Shown: piece by piece, positions 1-12,468 of the stretch
How the letters are laid out: each line of letters opens with the position of its first letter
Numbering within the stretch: the first letter of the stretch is position 1
From: Oikopleura dioica
Taxonomy: Eukaryota > Animalia > Chordata
DNA: 64,000 nucleotides
NCBI GenBank assembly: GCA_907165135.1
Contig: OU015566.1
Coordinates: forward strand, 1,674,001-1,738,000
Direction of reading: 5' to 3'
The notes under the pieces: generated by a model
Databases searched by the model: none
What the model was told of the DNA's origin: nothing
Seen by the model: only the letters and a program-made list of their open reading frames with translations
Position numbers and translations under genes: made by a program

Positions 1-132
1 ATGACATTCTCAGCGAGTCATAAAATTTCTCTGAGAAAGTGACATTCTTCCAGCAAAACCACTACAATGTAATTGACCGGCAAAAGTACATTTAATCAAC
101 CCCGGGAAGTCAAAATAAATCATTTCCTGAAA

Positions 133-322
133 ATGACAAAAACCGACGAAATTGTTTTTGAGGCTCCAGAGATCAATATGGCCTCTGAGTAAGTCGTGAT
201 TCTGGTGATACGCTTTTTACTAAATTTTCAATTTCAGCATCGTCTTTGACGCCCGCGTCTCAATCGTGACAGTAACTAAGCTTGTCGACGTCTGGGTCAG
301 TGGACAGTGCCACTGCCCTTGA
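133..322 (+). CDS. 3' exons of uncharacterised protein, tandem paralog 1 (5' part unresolved or outside window)
   Basis: Exons 133-188 and 238-322 joined by a 49-nt GTAAGT..TTTCAG intron give ..KTDEIVFEAPEINMASDIVFDARVSIVTVTKLVDVWVSGQCHCP*. This aligns with 1161-1349, with mostly third-codon differences. Confidence 0.7.
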
Positions 323-547
323 AGAAACCGACTTACTACTCTGCTATTAGATTAAATCACGATTTTCGACCTCTTAGAAGGGACTGACTTCCCGATACTT
401 GCTCATTTCTTTACTTTTTCTTTACATTTCTTAATTTTTATTGTTCGTTGTTGCCATGACATTTATAAAATAAACTTGCTGAAGGAATAAAGACAGAGTT
501 AAGTTGAAAGTTGCGACTGTATTTTCAGAAGTGGAACGTTGAGAAGC

Positions 548-1349
548 ATGGACAAATTCTGGCAATTTTGGCAGTTTTTTGCAGCTGCCGTTTCGGATAA
601 TTTGCTTCTCATTGATCCTTCAACGCTATCTCCAAGACCTCCGGTTCCCATTCGGCTCGTCGTTTTTCAGAGTTCTCTCGATCTAATAAAATTTATTCGC
701 GTGCTTTTATCGTAAAAATTTACCTCAAAATTTCGCCCCTCAGACTTGAAGAAGTTTCTCGAACTGAGGCGTTCACTTCAAAAAGGCAGAAGTAAACGAA
801 TAGTCTAGAAAATATTTGCCACCATCAAACTCGTTGAGAACGATAGTTTTCGCACATCTAGAGACTTTTCTCCTTATTCGCCGATCTGGCAGACTGAGGC
901 CGGCGCGTCTAGAAAGAATTTCATAAAATCTGCAGAAAATTCTAATGAAATGATAATTACGGGAGAGACTCTCTCATAATCATAAAAAATCAAAGAATAT
1001 TTCTTCCCAAAAAGCTTCCTGAGGAAACATCCTTTTTCTTCAATTTATATGTCTTCGGAACAATTAAGAACCCGCTAACTATCCGGCAAAGATGCATAAA
1101 ACCAGCCGGCGCGGATTTCTTCCTTCACTCAGAAAAGAGCATCTTTGAGAGTTGAAAAAGATGCCGAATTTTAAGACGGACGAAATTTGCTTCGAAGCGC
1201 CTGAAATCAACATGGCTTCAGAGTAAGTGAAAATCAAACCGATTGAGAGTGAGTTTATTTCTAGCATCGTCCTGGATTGCCGAGTTTCTGTCGTTACCGT
1301 TTCAAAGCTGGTTGATGTTCGAGTCAATTCAAAGTGCCTCTGCAACTGA
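548..1349 (+). CDS. Uncharacterised, possibly secreted protein, tandem paralog 2
   Basis: ATG 548 (MDKFWQFWQFFAAAVSDN..) follows a TTTTCAG acceptor. Last exons 1161-1222 and 1265-1349 (42-nt GT-AG intron) give ..KTDEICFEAPEINMASDIVLDCRVSVVTVSKLVDVRVNSKCLCN*. Middle exons only partly resolved. Confidence 0.6.
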
Positions 1350-1573
1350 CTCTGCTGAAACTACCATAAAAATGCCTGTTTTTTGACCTAACGCACCGGA
1401 ATGACGATCCTTTCTCCCATTTTTCTCTACTTTCCTTCTTTTTTCAGCATGAATTTCATATTTATCCTTCGTTGTTGCCAGATAAGTGAATCAAAAATAA
1501 ACAAAAAACTGCTCTCAAGATATCATTTTTACATTTCAAACAAAAAGATTAAAAAGATCAACAGTAAGAAATT

Positions 1574-4105
1574 TTAAAAAGAACTCGAGCTTGAACTTTG
1601 GCTGCAGAAATGAACCAAATCTTCGCCAGTTTGAGAATCGACATTTTTTGTTTTCCCGTTATTAATCGTTTCTTAATTTTAATTGAAAAAAATACAGCAA
1701 AAATCAAGGAGGAGTACCTTCATAGCTCGTTATCGAATTCGCCGAATTTCTTTTGCTAAAAATCGGTGGTAGACAAAGGGGCATTTTCTGAAAAAAAAAC
1801 GTTTACTCACATTTTGAATCTATCACCAGTAGTTCTGCAAACCCAGACTGAAGCAGTTCCAACACACTTGGAATTCTCGTTGATCAACGTCTTGTGCCTG
1901 AAAACGAAATTGATCTAGACATGTTTTTGGAAACTCAGCACTTGTGTCGCGTTTTGATGTAGTTCGTCAGTTTTGTCGATATTCCGGAGAAGACCTATCA
2001 ATACTTTATTTAGCCGCGAGTTTCAAGGTGGGATGTTGTTACTTTGATACAGTAGCAAATGCTGCAATCCAAAGCGCCAAGGATTGTCGCGACGCTCATT
2101 CCGAGAAACAGTCCTGCTGCTCCTCCGGTATCGGAGAGATATTGGGAGGAGATGTAGTCTTTGTTGTGCTCAAAAAAGATGCGTAAAAAGGTGATTATGA
2201 AAAAATCAGAAACAGTCCTGGAATTTCGAGGTTCGTCACTTCTCTGACTTCTTGCATGTATGCTAGCGCAGAGAAAAACTTGTCTTTTCCGAATGCCGAT
2301 AGTCCAGTTAGCCGCTCATTGGACTTGCCATACTGAATGAGTGCCGCTTCTGGTGTTATATGCGAGCAGGGAACCCCGCAATCACATGATGTGTAGTCTG
2401 AATTATGCTCTTGAAATTGCTTTAAACGGATTCTTACTGAATCGTTTCATTTGTGGAAGAACACAAACAGTCATCTGGAGCAAAGAGCAGCTTGATCCGT
2501 TAAACAAGGATTCTTCGGTGGCCAGATAGACGGGGGTGCAATTGCAGGTTTTGTAAACTTTGTCCGCCATGCATTCGGAAATGCAATGATTTGGCGTGTA
2601 GTGGCCAAAGATTTTGAGTTTATGCTTGTGAGAGTCGACACAATCTGAGTAGGGTTTGCCCAGCTTCAACTCATGAACTTGTCGAAATGCGACGATTGGC
2701 GTTTGTCCAGGGCTATTTTTGGTCCGAAAATGAAATCGAAATTTGAACTCGCTCTTCGGACCTCTTTCCTGAGCGAAATGGAAGTTAATGGATCGAGAGT
2801 CAACTCGGTTGAACTCGAAAAGAACATCGTCAATCCAGTGAATAGCTGATTGAATCCACCCATCGTGTCTGCTGCATCATTGTAAATCATGAATGAAAGC
2901 TGTGCCTCTCTTGCCGATGCTTTTCCCGAAGTTTTTATGGAGAAAAATTATTTTTCAAATTAAAATAAGACTTTTTCCTTCAGTTGGTTTTGGAAAATGC
3001 TGGGCACTTTCGAAAACAATGCATTCTCCATACGGACTTTTTATCAAATTCCACTGAAATCATGAAATACAGACGAAAAAACATGGTAAACCCACCTTCC
3101 CTGTGCAATTATACGTCAAGTACTTGCAGCCAATTATCGCCATATCCGTCGAAGTACTTGCTAAAAAGTCTTCGTAATCGACCTCATCCAGCTTCGCAAC
3201 TAGCTTTTCTCCGTATTTGAACTTCAGCGCTTTTATGGTCATCAATCCGGTGTACATTCTTTTGATTATCCCTTCTGGAATCGAAAAACCGTATTCTTTC
3301 TCGATCTTCTGCAGTTTTCTTCTAGAGTGAAGTCCGTTCGGGCAAACAGTGATTTTGGGAAATTCAATGACGTTTTCTGACTCGAGGATCTTTCAAAAAG
3401 CTCAGAAAAAAAAATCTTCCTCCTTGATTTCAAATAAGAGGAAAAGATGATTTTTGACCTTGTCATTGGTTTGATAGATGAAGGATAAGAAAAGTACTTG
3501 ACTGAGTTTTGATAAATCGTTACGGTTGAATAAATGACTCCAACTGCCATCACGATCGCCCAAATTATTCGACGGAGATAACCGCTGGTCGTGCTAGAAT
3601 GGTGCTCGTTGATTTGGAAATATGTTTATCAGAAATATGGCATATGTATGGCTAGTGATAACTAGCCTCCTAGTCACTCCTTAAAAAGAGAACAACCTGT
3701 AGTTAGAGAATCATCATGGTAAAGAAGGAAAAAAATTGATAATAATTTTATTTTTGATACATTTATGGTCTTTGAATTTCAAACCTGACAATGTAGCCAT
3801 ATCCAACCGGCGCAGCATTTTCTCTGAACAAGTGCATTTCCCTCGTTCCGCCGTGCCGCTTCAAGCTTTTCTTGATACTTTTCAGCACAGTTCTTATTCT
3901 TCCCATTTCGGTCAGCTTGGGATGCGATTATACACCTGATTTGAATTTGTCAATTTCAAATGACTATTTTCTCAATAATCCACCTTTTTTCACAATTAAT
4001 TATTCATAAACGCTTCTTTTCATACTGGTATCGTACTCGGGAGAGTTACAGTCATTGAACTCTCTGTATCTTTTTTTAAAAGACTTTCATAAAGGAGTTT
4101 TCCAT
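1574..4105 (-). CDS. DEG/ENaC (ASIC/ENaC-family) ion channel subunit, multi-exon
   Basis: TM1 IIWAIVMAVGVIYSTVTIYQNSVKYFSYPS. Cys-rich thumb KLGKPYSDC..YTPNHCISECMADKVYKTCNC. TM2 YLSDTGGAAGLFLGMSVATIL. Spliced cytoplasmic tail ends ..SQSSSSSSF* at 1574. Start (MENSFMKVFKK, 4105) is tentative. Confidence 0.9.
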
Positions 4106-4233
4106 TAGCTGTAATTAAAATCATTCTCTGAAAGGTCATTTTCGATGGTTTCCGCGAGGTCATTCGATATCGGCTTTTTTATTAAAGAAAAAAGAAGAAC
4201 TGTACATGACTTGATAAAAATGAAGAAAAATCC

Positions 4234-5701
4234 TCAGCATCTCGGCTTCAAAGTAAATTTTCCAGGCGCGAGTTCGCAACATTTCAATTTCGATGAGTGG
4301 GATCGTTCCAGCGAATTTCCAATCACACTTGAGCAGCACTTTTTTCACGCTGGAAAATTCGCTCCCTTTATGCAAATTTTCAAAAGAGAGAAGAACGTGT
4401 TTCTCATGCCATTTTTCTATCTGACCCCTCCGCCCTCCGAGTAAATTCCAACGCAATAATAGGTGATTCTAACTCTACTCCTGACTCATCCTATTTTCGA
4501 ACGTTGCCTTAGAATGTCGTTGTTCTTTCTCAAAGAGGAAATTCGAGCTGTCGAATCGTGCGTCCATCGCGATATTTTCTTCTAGCGACGTTTTGCCTGG
4601 CCGGGAAGAAACGTGACATGAACTTGATGGATCGAAACTCGCGACGTTGTACTTGTAGTTGTAGATGATCCCACTGTAGGCGGCGTGCAGAAGATCTCGG
4701 TAGAACTAAGAATGGGCTAAAGCATAATTTTCAGGAGAAAAAATATACCATAGCATCACATTCGCAAATATTTTTTTCGCAAGTTCCATCGTTTTCTGTG
4801 CAGACGACTCCAGAATCGTCCATGACAAAATCGTAATTAACGCTTACCTAATTATCACGAAAGTTATTTCTGTAATTTTTTGGAGGACTTTTTGAGGAGG
4901 ACCCCTTTCTTGTGGAAGAAGGGCTGTCTTCCAGCAAAGGATGTCTTCCAGTAGGAAGGTCCTCCGGGAGTCCTCCGAGAAATAACGTTATTTATTACCT
5001 GACAATTGGTGACTTTTTGAACACATTTCGTACACTCCAAATAATCCTTTTCAAAAGTGTTTTCAAAAAAATGAAAGATAACAAAGAAAGCAAATGGTAC
5101 TTCTTTTCACGTAGCTCGCTAATTATGGGGATTGAAAATTCGAAACACTTGAATGAGGGCTGACCACGTGCCTCCGATAAGCGAGGATAGTTTCTTTTTT
5201 GATAAGAAACCTCCGCTTGAAGACCATGAGGTCGCGCTACTTTCGAGACGTTTTTCGGGTCAGCCCCTTTCCTGTCCTTGCAAATCATGTCCAGGGCATC
5301 GACCGCAGCGCCGTAGCCGGAGATTTTTCCGGAAAGAAGGGCAGAACAATGACATCCGTAGTCGAAAGCACCTTAATTTCCGTCAAGCCAAAATTAAAAA
5401 AAAAACCGCAGGGAAACCATAAGTGATATTTTTCAGACAAATAAATTGATTAATTGCCAATTTTTTAATGAGTTCTATACAGAAAGCTTTTGCTTTATCG
5501 ATGAGATAATATCACTTCAAGGTCTATAACGAATTAGTTACCCATATTTATTCCAAATCTTTCAAGCCCAACAGCACTCCTCTTCTGCGTCGGTTTCATA
5601 ATCACTTCTTTCAGTGTTTTCTCTTGATCCACCGCCGATTCTTCTTCCGAAGATGATGTTTCTAATGCAAGAACAGCTGGTAAAAAACTGGCAAACTTCA
5701 T
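4234..5701 (-). CDS. Secreted PLA2-like (catalytically degenerate) protein
   Basis: Signal-like MKFASFLPAVLA at 5701. DYGCHC..GYGAAVDALDMICK|DYLECTKC (GA-AG intron 5276-5047), then VVCTENDGTCEKNICECDA and FDPSSSC. Probable C-terminal CC..KCC..C* ending 4234 with AATAAA ~4180. The 3' exon structure is uncertain. Confidence 0.75.
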
Positions 5702-8237
5702 TTTTTCAAGATCGTTTTTGCTCAGTCAGTATCGATGGAGCAGTTATGATGAGAAGAGTTAAGCGCGCGGCGAGCGAAACGGCGCGCTCGTGAAAATTCA
5801 TGAAAATGAACGCGAGCGCCACCATTGTATTTTATTCTAGAATCTTTTATGGACAATTTTTTTGGGATTTCGAATACTCTTCATGAAAATTATCATGAAA
5901 TTATATTCACAAATTTCTCAAAAAGGTTCCCTTTGTTAAAGTTATCGTTCAGAAGCCCTTAATAAAAGCGAAAGTTAAGCAAATTTAAAGTTTTTGAAAA
6001 CATCTAGAATTCGACAAATAAAGAAATATGCCCTATTTTGGGCTTACAAATATACAACGAACGTAACGATTATAAAATGAAAATAACCGGCGGAAGCTTG
6101 CTTGGCTTCGTTAGTCAAGTTAACAATTACCAGTGTAAAAAAAATTTGGTAAAAGTTCGAAGCCGCCAGATTTATGGTCCCTTATCTTTTGCTTTCTAGA
6201 AGATACGATGAAAGATAATTTCGATAAATTAGGAAAGGACTATTGATCGTATTATGTCGACTTTGCGTCGTCTCCGGCTGACGAAGGAAACACCGTGTTC
6301 CGTCGAGCTTTTGAGTGGGCAATTAGTACACGATTCGTGTTTTTCTAATTTTTCTAAATGCAACTTTTTAATTTTCGAATTTTAGAATACTGTCCTTTCT
6401 GCAAGATCATCATGGATATTCGTCATGATTTCGAGTTTTCCTTCTTTTTTTATAAAATAAAATACCCCACGACGGTTTCTGCCAAAAATGGACCTAGCGG
6501 GAACCAAAATTTTGAGAAACCTAGATTAAGGGTATCCTTCCTTATACTCTTATATTGAAGTTTGAACGCTCGACTATGGGAATATTTATTTATGTCATCA
6601 TAACTTAAGGAGATATAGAACACAAAAGATAGCTTGGTGCGAACCAAAAATTTAAGAAAACTATCTTAGTGACACCCTTATTTGCACTCGACTATTTAAG
6701 GAGACTCCCTTACCTAAGGGAAGATCTATCGAAGTAGCATTTTTATTTTTTTATCAAATAAATTCTTTAAAAAAATATAAATAGAACAAAAACTTATAAT
6801 CTTTGGTTATGCTTATTGAGCACTCAAAACTTGTGTAAAAACAGAAATTGTTCACACCTGCAGTTCAAAATTACAACAATAGTTGACAGACCTTTAACGC
6901 CTTGTTCATTTCATCTCACGAGCTCAACACGTGACTTCGGAGCACCCAAGCACTCAAGAAACTTCCGACTTTTGAGTTTAAGTCGGAGAAAAACGTTTAG
7001 AAAAAAGAAGCGTCTCCCTGACAAGGGATTTCAAAGATGAGAAGGGTAAATGGAGATATTTGAATGGAGCCAACATGAATTGAAAATTTATGCGGAAGCC
7101 GGATTAAAATTCCGCCCAAGGGACAGATTCGTCGAATTCCGTTCTAGTGAATTTGACCACGTTCTTGTTTTTTTCTGCTCAAAGAAGACCTCAAAAGTTC
7201 ATCTGAGAATATATCTTAAAAAACAATCTATGTTGCAATTTTTTTTAATAGAATATTAAACTCAGTAGTTTTCTCTTTTTTTTTTATAAATAAATAGGTG
7301 ACCCATAAATAATGGCCCACAAATCGTTTCTAAAAGGCCCAAAAGTCTGGCGGACGAACTTTTTTCTTCCTCTAGCGCGATAAGCACAATTTGGCATCCT
7401 GCGCCGGAAAAGACTCCTGTTTCCGATCCAGCAGCAAATTCGTTTAACAAGCGCTCTTGTTGCTACATCATCGACTCTAATTGGTGATCCATGCCCGTTC
7501 AACCTTGACTCCTTTGCGGTCCAAGATCTGCCTCTGACGTCATTCGAGAAAATCAGTAAAAGAAAACGGAGCTTTTTCGCTGATTTCAGCAGATTTCCAA
7601 AACTCGTGCATAAATTCAAACTCTAAAATTAAGAGACCGGATATTTTTAATTCAAAATCACGTGTTTTTTGTTGCGAATATTCTCGTGAATATGGATAAA
7701 TCTGAGGGTCTGGAGAGTAGTCTTTCTAGTAATTTATACTCAGCAGGCCTGACTTAGGAGTCCTGAGTCAGGACACGCATTATTGGAAAATTCAAAAAAG
7801 AGCAAAATTTTCAGAAAAAAAATCAAAGTTTTTAGAAAAAAATTAAAATTTTCAAAAAATAAACTAGGGAAATTTAAAAACGCAAGTACTCGAAAAACAG
7901 ATAAAAATGAGAGCAACACGTTAACTCGTGTCGATTTTTTGATTTATGTTCAATTCGTCGACCCCGACCGCGGTGACAGTTCGTTGGCAGGATAGAAAAA
8001 CTCGCCGCGCGGTTATTAATTCTTTCGTTTGAAATTCAAGGGCAGCGAATTACGCGCATTCTAGTGATTTTTGCTCAAATACTCGAGCAGGGATCAGCCC
8101 TGATTCTGAAACGTGGGCTGGCAACTAGGGAGATGCAAATTTTATTTTGGCGAGAGCGTCTTAGCTTGATTTGGTTCACTCTTCAGATTCGGGGATCATT
8201 CGCTCCAAACAGGTGGCGAAAGTTAATCACGTCTTAA

Positions 8238-8574
8238 GGGGGTAGCGTCAGGATCCGAAAATAAAATCTTGAGTCGACAAATTTTTCTTGGGCGGCTACT
8301 CGGCAGCTGATTGGCCGGTAAACAGAATTAAGGATGCTGGTTGGCTGATTAGCCGAATCCAGGCTTTTGATTGGCTGATTAGCCGAATCCAAGCTTCTGA
8401 TTGGCTGATTAGCCAAATCCAGGCTTCTGGTTGGCTGATTAACCGAATCCATGCCTGTGATCGGCTGATTAGCCGAATCTTCTGGTTGGCCGATAAGCCG
8501 AATCAAGGCTTCTGATTGGTTGGAAATTTCCACGCAAAATTTGTCGAAATTAAGAGTCGGTTCCTGACACCTCC
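8238..8574. mobile_element. MITE family A copy 1 with internal minisatellite
   Basis: TTAA on both sides. Imperfect TIRs GGGGGTAGCGTCAGGATCCGA / TCGGTTCCTGACACCTCC. Internal sequence matches copies at 45001, 48545 and 58725. Confidence 0.85.
8310..8515. repeat. 30-bp tandem repeat (~6-7 units) GATTGGCTGATTAGCCGAATCCAGGCTTCT
   Basis: Units start near 8340, 8370, 8400, 8430, 8460 and 8484. It explains the ORF-track DSANQPIRSL repeat. Confidence 0.9.
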
Positions 8575-9318
8575 TTAAGGGTGTCAACATCGCTTTCCCT
8601 ATTTTTCGAAAAAAATCTCTCTTGACTCTTTTGAACTCTATCCGGAAACAGACAAGAACTAAAAGTCGTTTAAAATTGCAATTCAGCAGCATCTCAAAAT
8701 TTAAATCAGTTCAGCGAAAGTGCTTGGCGAAAACCAGTCGAGCTCGAGAGCAAGTCCTTGTGCGGACAATTGAGCGGACGCCGTGTTTTGTTTTTAATAC
8801 TGTCTCTAACAAGTTTGTCTAAAATTGCTATTTGCGGAAAAATATTGTGCAAATTGCGAAGAAATTCACCTTCAGTCTTTCTCTATAAACTTAAGTATAA
8901 AGGAAGCCTCTTAGAAAAGTTGAGTGATTATTTGTTCGAACACTCGAGTCCAGCTCATCAACACTTGAGTTTTCATATACAAAAGTCTTGCTCCTTAGTT
9001 GATTTCCGCTTTCTTTCTAAAAAAGTTCATTTCAAGAAAGAGCTTCAAATTAAATCAACAAATACATTTATTTAACGATTGTTTTGGGTAATTAAAGAAC
9101 TAATCAAGAAAATTGGATAATTATGCCTAAATTTTCCCATTTTCGTCATTTTCAAGCGACAAATCCAGTTTCCAAAGGCAATTTTTCGGGTTTTTGAGTG
9201 GAGATCGACAAAGATTTTTCTTCATTTCCAAAGAATTGTCGAAATCGCGGGTGAAAAATTTCGAAAAATTCGCTCTAGAGAAGGTTGATCACCTCCGATC
9301 ATGAACAATTTTCCGGCG

Positions 9319-9345
9319 TATATAAGCGCGCTCTCAGCTCAGTCA
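9319..9345 (+). promoter_or_regulatory. TATA box plus initiator-like TCAGTC upstream of AT-hook gene
   Basis: TATATAAG at 9319-9326, TCAGTC ~9338, ATG at 9413. Confidence 0.5.
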
Positions 9346-9412
9346 TCGTCAAAAGGAGATTCGAACAAAAAATAAGGAAAAAAAGCATTTTTCTTTGACT
9401 GCGAGATCAAAA

Positions 9413-9941
9413 ATGCCTGAAATCAAAGCTGAAAAGGTAAAATCCCTCTTTGTTTTTTAAAAATAACAATTTTGTTTAGGGAAAAAGAGGTCGACCAAAG
9501 AAGACCGCGCCAGTCGAAGAAAAGCTTTCTCGGCGAGAATTAATCAAGTACGAATTCAACATGCTATTCTCTCTCCTCAGAGCAACAACGGCAACAGAAA
9601 GCTACCAGAAAGATTTTTGCGTGACGACGGCCGCATCTTGCATTCGCGGCTCGAAGCAATTCGGAGAATACCTTGAAGATCGACGAAAAGAAGTTCGAGA
9701 AGCAGAGAGCCAACAGGGCGAGTCGGCTTTTCTTTTGGCAGAGGAGCGATTCTTGAAAATTTGCGAGAAGATTCAGCAGAGCAAAGATGACAGAATCCTG
9801 CGCGACAGAAAATTTCTCTCGGAAGTGCAATCGCTGAATACTTCAGTTGCTGCGAAACACTTGTATGAAACGAGCAAAGGCATCTACATCGATTTAATTC
9901 TACCACACCTGAACAACAACAGAACTTCCACTCAAAACTGA
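9413..9941 (+). CDS. Small AT-hook protein (~161 aa)
   Basis: Exon 9413-9436 (MPEIKAEK), 43-nt GT-AG intron, then exon 9480-9941 starting GKRGRPKKT (AT-hook core RGRP), in frame with ORF 9561-9941. Confidence 0.75.
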
Positions 9942-10061
9942 AAACTGTCTTCTATTTTTCAATAAAATCTAAAATAGAAAGTTTCCTTTGACCATTTTTT
10001 CTTGAAGATTGATTCATTTTGAGTCATCATTTTCTGATTGGATAAGAGAAAATATTCAAAA

Positions 10062-11740
10062 ATGAACGAATTTTTGATTTTGAAAGATTTTTGCGATGAG
10101 TACCGAGATTTCGGGAACGCTCACATGGTCGATTTTATTCACGGCGATTTCTCTCAAAAGTAAGATGCATAATTTTGAAAAATCATCCAAAACAAAGATT
10201 TTGCTTTGAAGGTATTTGAATTCCGGCATGCTTGGAGATGAATTTAGAAGAAAGATTGACGCTTGCAAAGAATTGATTGAAAAGAAACTGACGAAAGTTG
10301 AAGATTTGAAGAAAGAGCTGAAATCAGAGAATGAAATTTTGGCACCAGATTCACCGAAAGTCAAGGATATGCCAGGATTGGGCTTATAAAAAGGCTTTAT
10401 TACTATTTGAATAGTTACTTTAGGAAGGCAATCCATAGCCCCTTGCAGACAAAAAATCATACGAGATCAGCCAGCTCTCACATTTGATCGCTGATGTCTG
10501 CCAGACAACGGGGGCAGATCACGTGATTGATGTTGGTGCCGGAAAAGGGTATCTGTCGACGTTTCTTTCTGCAGAATATGGATTGGAATTAACTGCTATA
10601 GGAATCGAATTGACAAATTTTTATTGAAACAAGCCCTTGTTTCTTAATATGATCAAATCAAAAGAGCCCTTGTTCACTCAACATTTTGAAATTCGAATAA
10701 TGATTGCGTCAAAAACACCCTGGAAAAGACGCTTGAACGAGCGAAATCCTTGGAAAAGCACTATCATCATCGATCAAATCAATCCGAAAAGAACAATCTC
10801 AGAACTTCAACAGAAGTCAAAATCGACTGCGTGGGTGATGTTGTTCGACCAGATTGTTTGCCAGGCGTTGTTTCGGGGAGAAAATCAGTTCTTGTGGGGC
10901 TTCATTGCTGTGGCGATCTATCAAGTGTGCTTTGCCATCTATCCGAAATCATAGAAGAGATTGTTGGGCTCGTTTTGGTACCGTGTTGCTATCATCATTT
11001 ATCGGAGGAATCGGAGTTGGAAGGAAATTCAAAAATAGGCAAGGGCTCAAAAACTATAACGAAAGATGCTTTTTTTTCTTATTTTGCCGCCCCCTAGAAT
11101 AGATAGATACAGTACAGGAATCGCTCGCGGCTTGACAAAAGAAGAAATCGCCAATTCTGAAGTCCAGAAAACTGATATTTGCGAGCGTTTTATCGGATTT
11201 CCGATGTCAAACATCTTCAGGAACCAAAATCTTATTCTAGGCCAAAATGCAAGAATGCTCGCTTGTCACTCTGAAGACAGAATTCAGTCGGATTCGAGTC
11301 TCAAATCTGTGTTCTTTCGTGCGCTGCTGAAGGAGTTTCTGATGGAGTTTTTCCCTGATTTTGCGGTTGATGCTGATGGGAAAGATGTCCGAGTTGGAAA
11401 GATTTTCGCAAAAGCAGCGAAAGTCGAAAAGGATGATCGAAAAATGTTCGAAGAATACGTCAAACTGGCAGGAAAGAGACTGAAAATTCCGGATATCAAC
11501 GAAGAATACCTGAAAAAAGCTGGGGAAATGCTTGAAAAATTCACTGCCGGTCAAAAATACGAAGATTTGCGAGAAATTGAAGGGCTGCGAAATCTGTACG
11601 CGAAAATTGCTGAATATCTGATTCTTGCTGACAAGATGAATTTTCTCGAAGAAAGCGTAAAGTGGCGGAAATCTGCAGGGATTCAAATCTTTGATCCCAA
11701 AATGAGCCCTCGTGCTTACTGTCTGTTGGCTTACAAATAA
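10062..11740 (+). CDS. METTL25: Methyltransferase-like protein 25
   Basis: Family motifs in order: KKSYE, VIDVGAGKGYLSTFLS..YGL, LVGLHCCGDLS, VPCCYHHL, ARMLAC, FFRALL, IFDPKMSPRAYCLLAYK*. Includes a GA-AG intron at 10376-10448. Confidence 0.88.
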
Positions 11741-12468
11741 AAAAATCCTCCCCTGAAATCACAAGAATCCGTGAATAAAAACAAAGACAACGCGTTTTAT
11801 TTTCGAAAAAAATCAAAATAACTCGAAGAAAGCATTTCCGAAAGTCTACCAAGAAGTCTATCTTCCAAGAATCTCAATAAAAAAACTTAATTATAAAAAA
11901 GTGAGTCAAAATATTTCATTTGAGAGTCCTTCCTTTGACGACTGGTGATGGAGTAAAAGCCATTCTTTTCTCTTTTCTCATGAGAAAAACAGAATTTGCC
12001 AGAAGAAAAAAATGAAAAAGTAGTTTCATCATTCTATCCCCTGGTTCTTTTTAACTGGTCTTATAAATGCACTAAGCAGTTGCTTGAATATGCAGCATGA
12101 TTACTCAGGGATGACAGTTTTATTATTTCATGATTAAAGCATATGATCAAGAAGTAGGGAAGGCGGTTCATCCATGGTCAGGAGAATCCGAACAAAACAC
12201 AATTTGATGGTAGATGTTGAGCGAATTTTCTTTCAACTGAATCCAAAACAGACGACAAAATCATTTTTTCAGTAATTTTGGTCGGTATTGTATCGGTAGA
12301 TTCGATTATCTAGAAATATAATCAGACAGTTTTATCGTTAATTGAGAGTCCGTACCAGATTTGGATCGTCGATCAGGCGAGAAAGAAGGTTTTTCTAATG
12401 CGAATTTGTCTAAACAAAAATACATTCACGCAAAAAGTAAATTCTTGCATCGAATGAACATTCACACA

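Noticed and set aside
1079-1345. Minus-strand 88-aa ORF
   Set aside because: The synonymous-substitution pattern and intron signals favour the plus strand.
2010-2012. ENaC stop at 2010 with adjacent AATAAA
   Set aside because: A 48-nt GT-AG intron skips it and three further in-frame exons extend to 1574. It could remain a short isoform.
7000-7620. Possible gene or retroelement remnant
   Set aside because: Overlapping short ORFs with no motif or consistent splice model.
8234-8692. 152-aa ORF with DSANQP repeats
   Set aside because: Translation of the MITE-internal 30-bp repeat; the same applies to ORFs 13353-13838, 58555-59058, 58615-58938 and 59642-59977 (MITE B/A).
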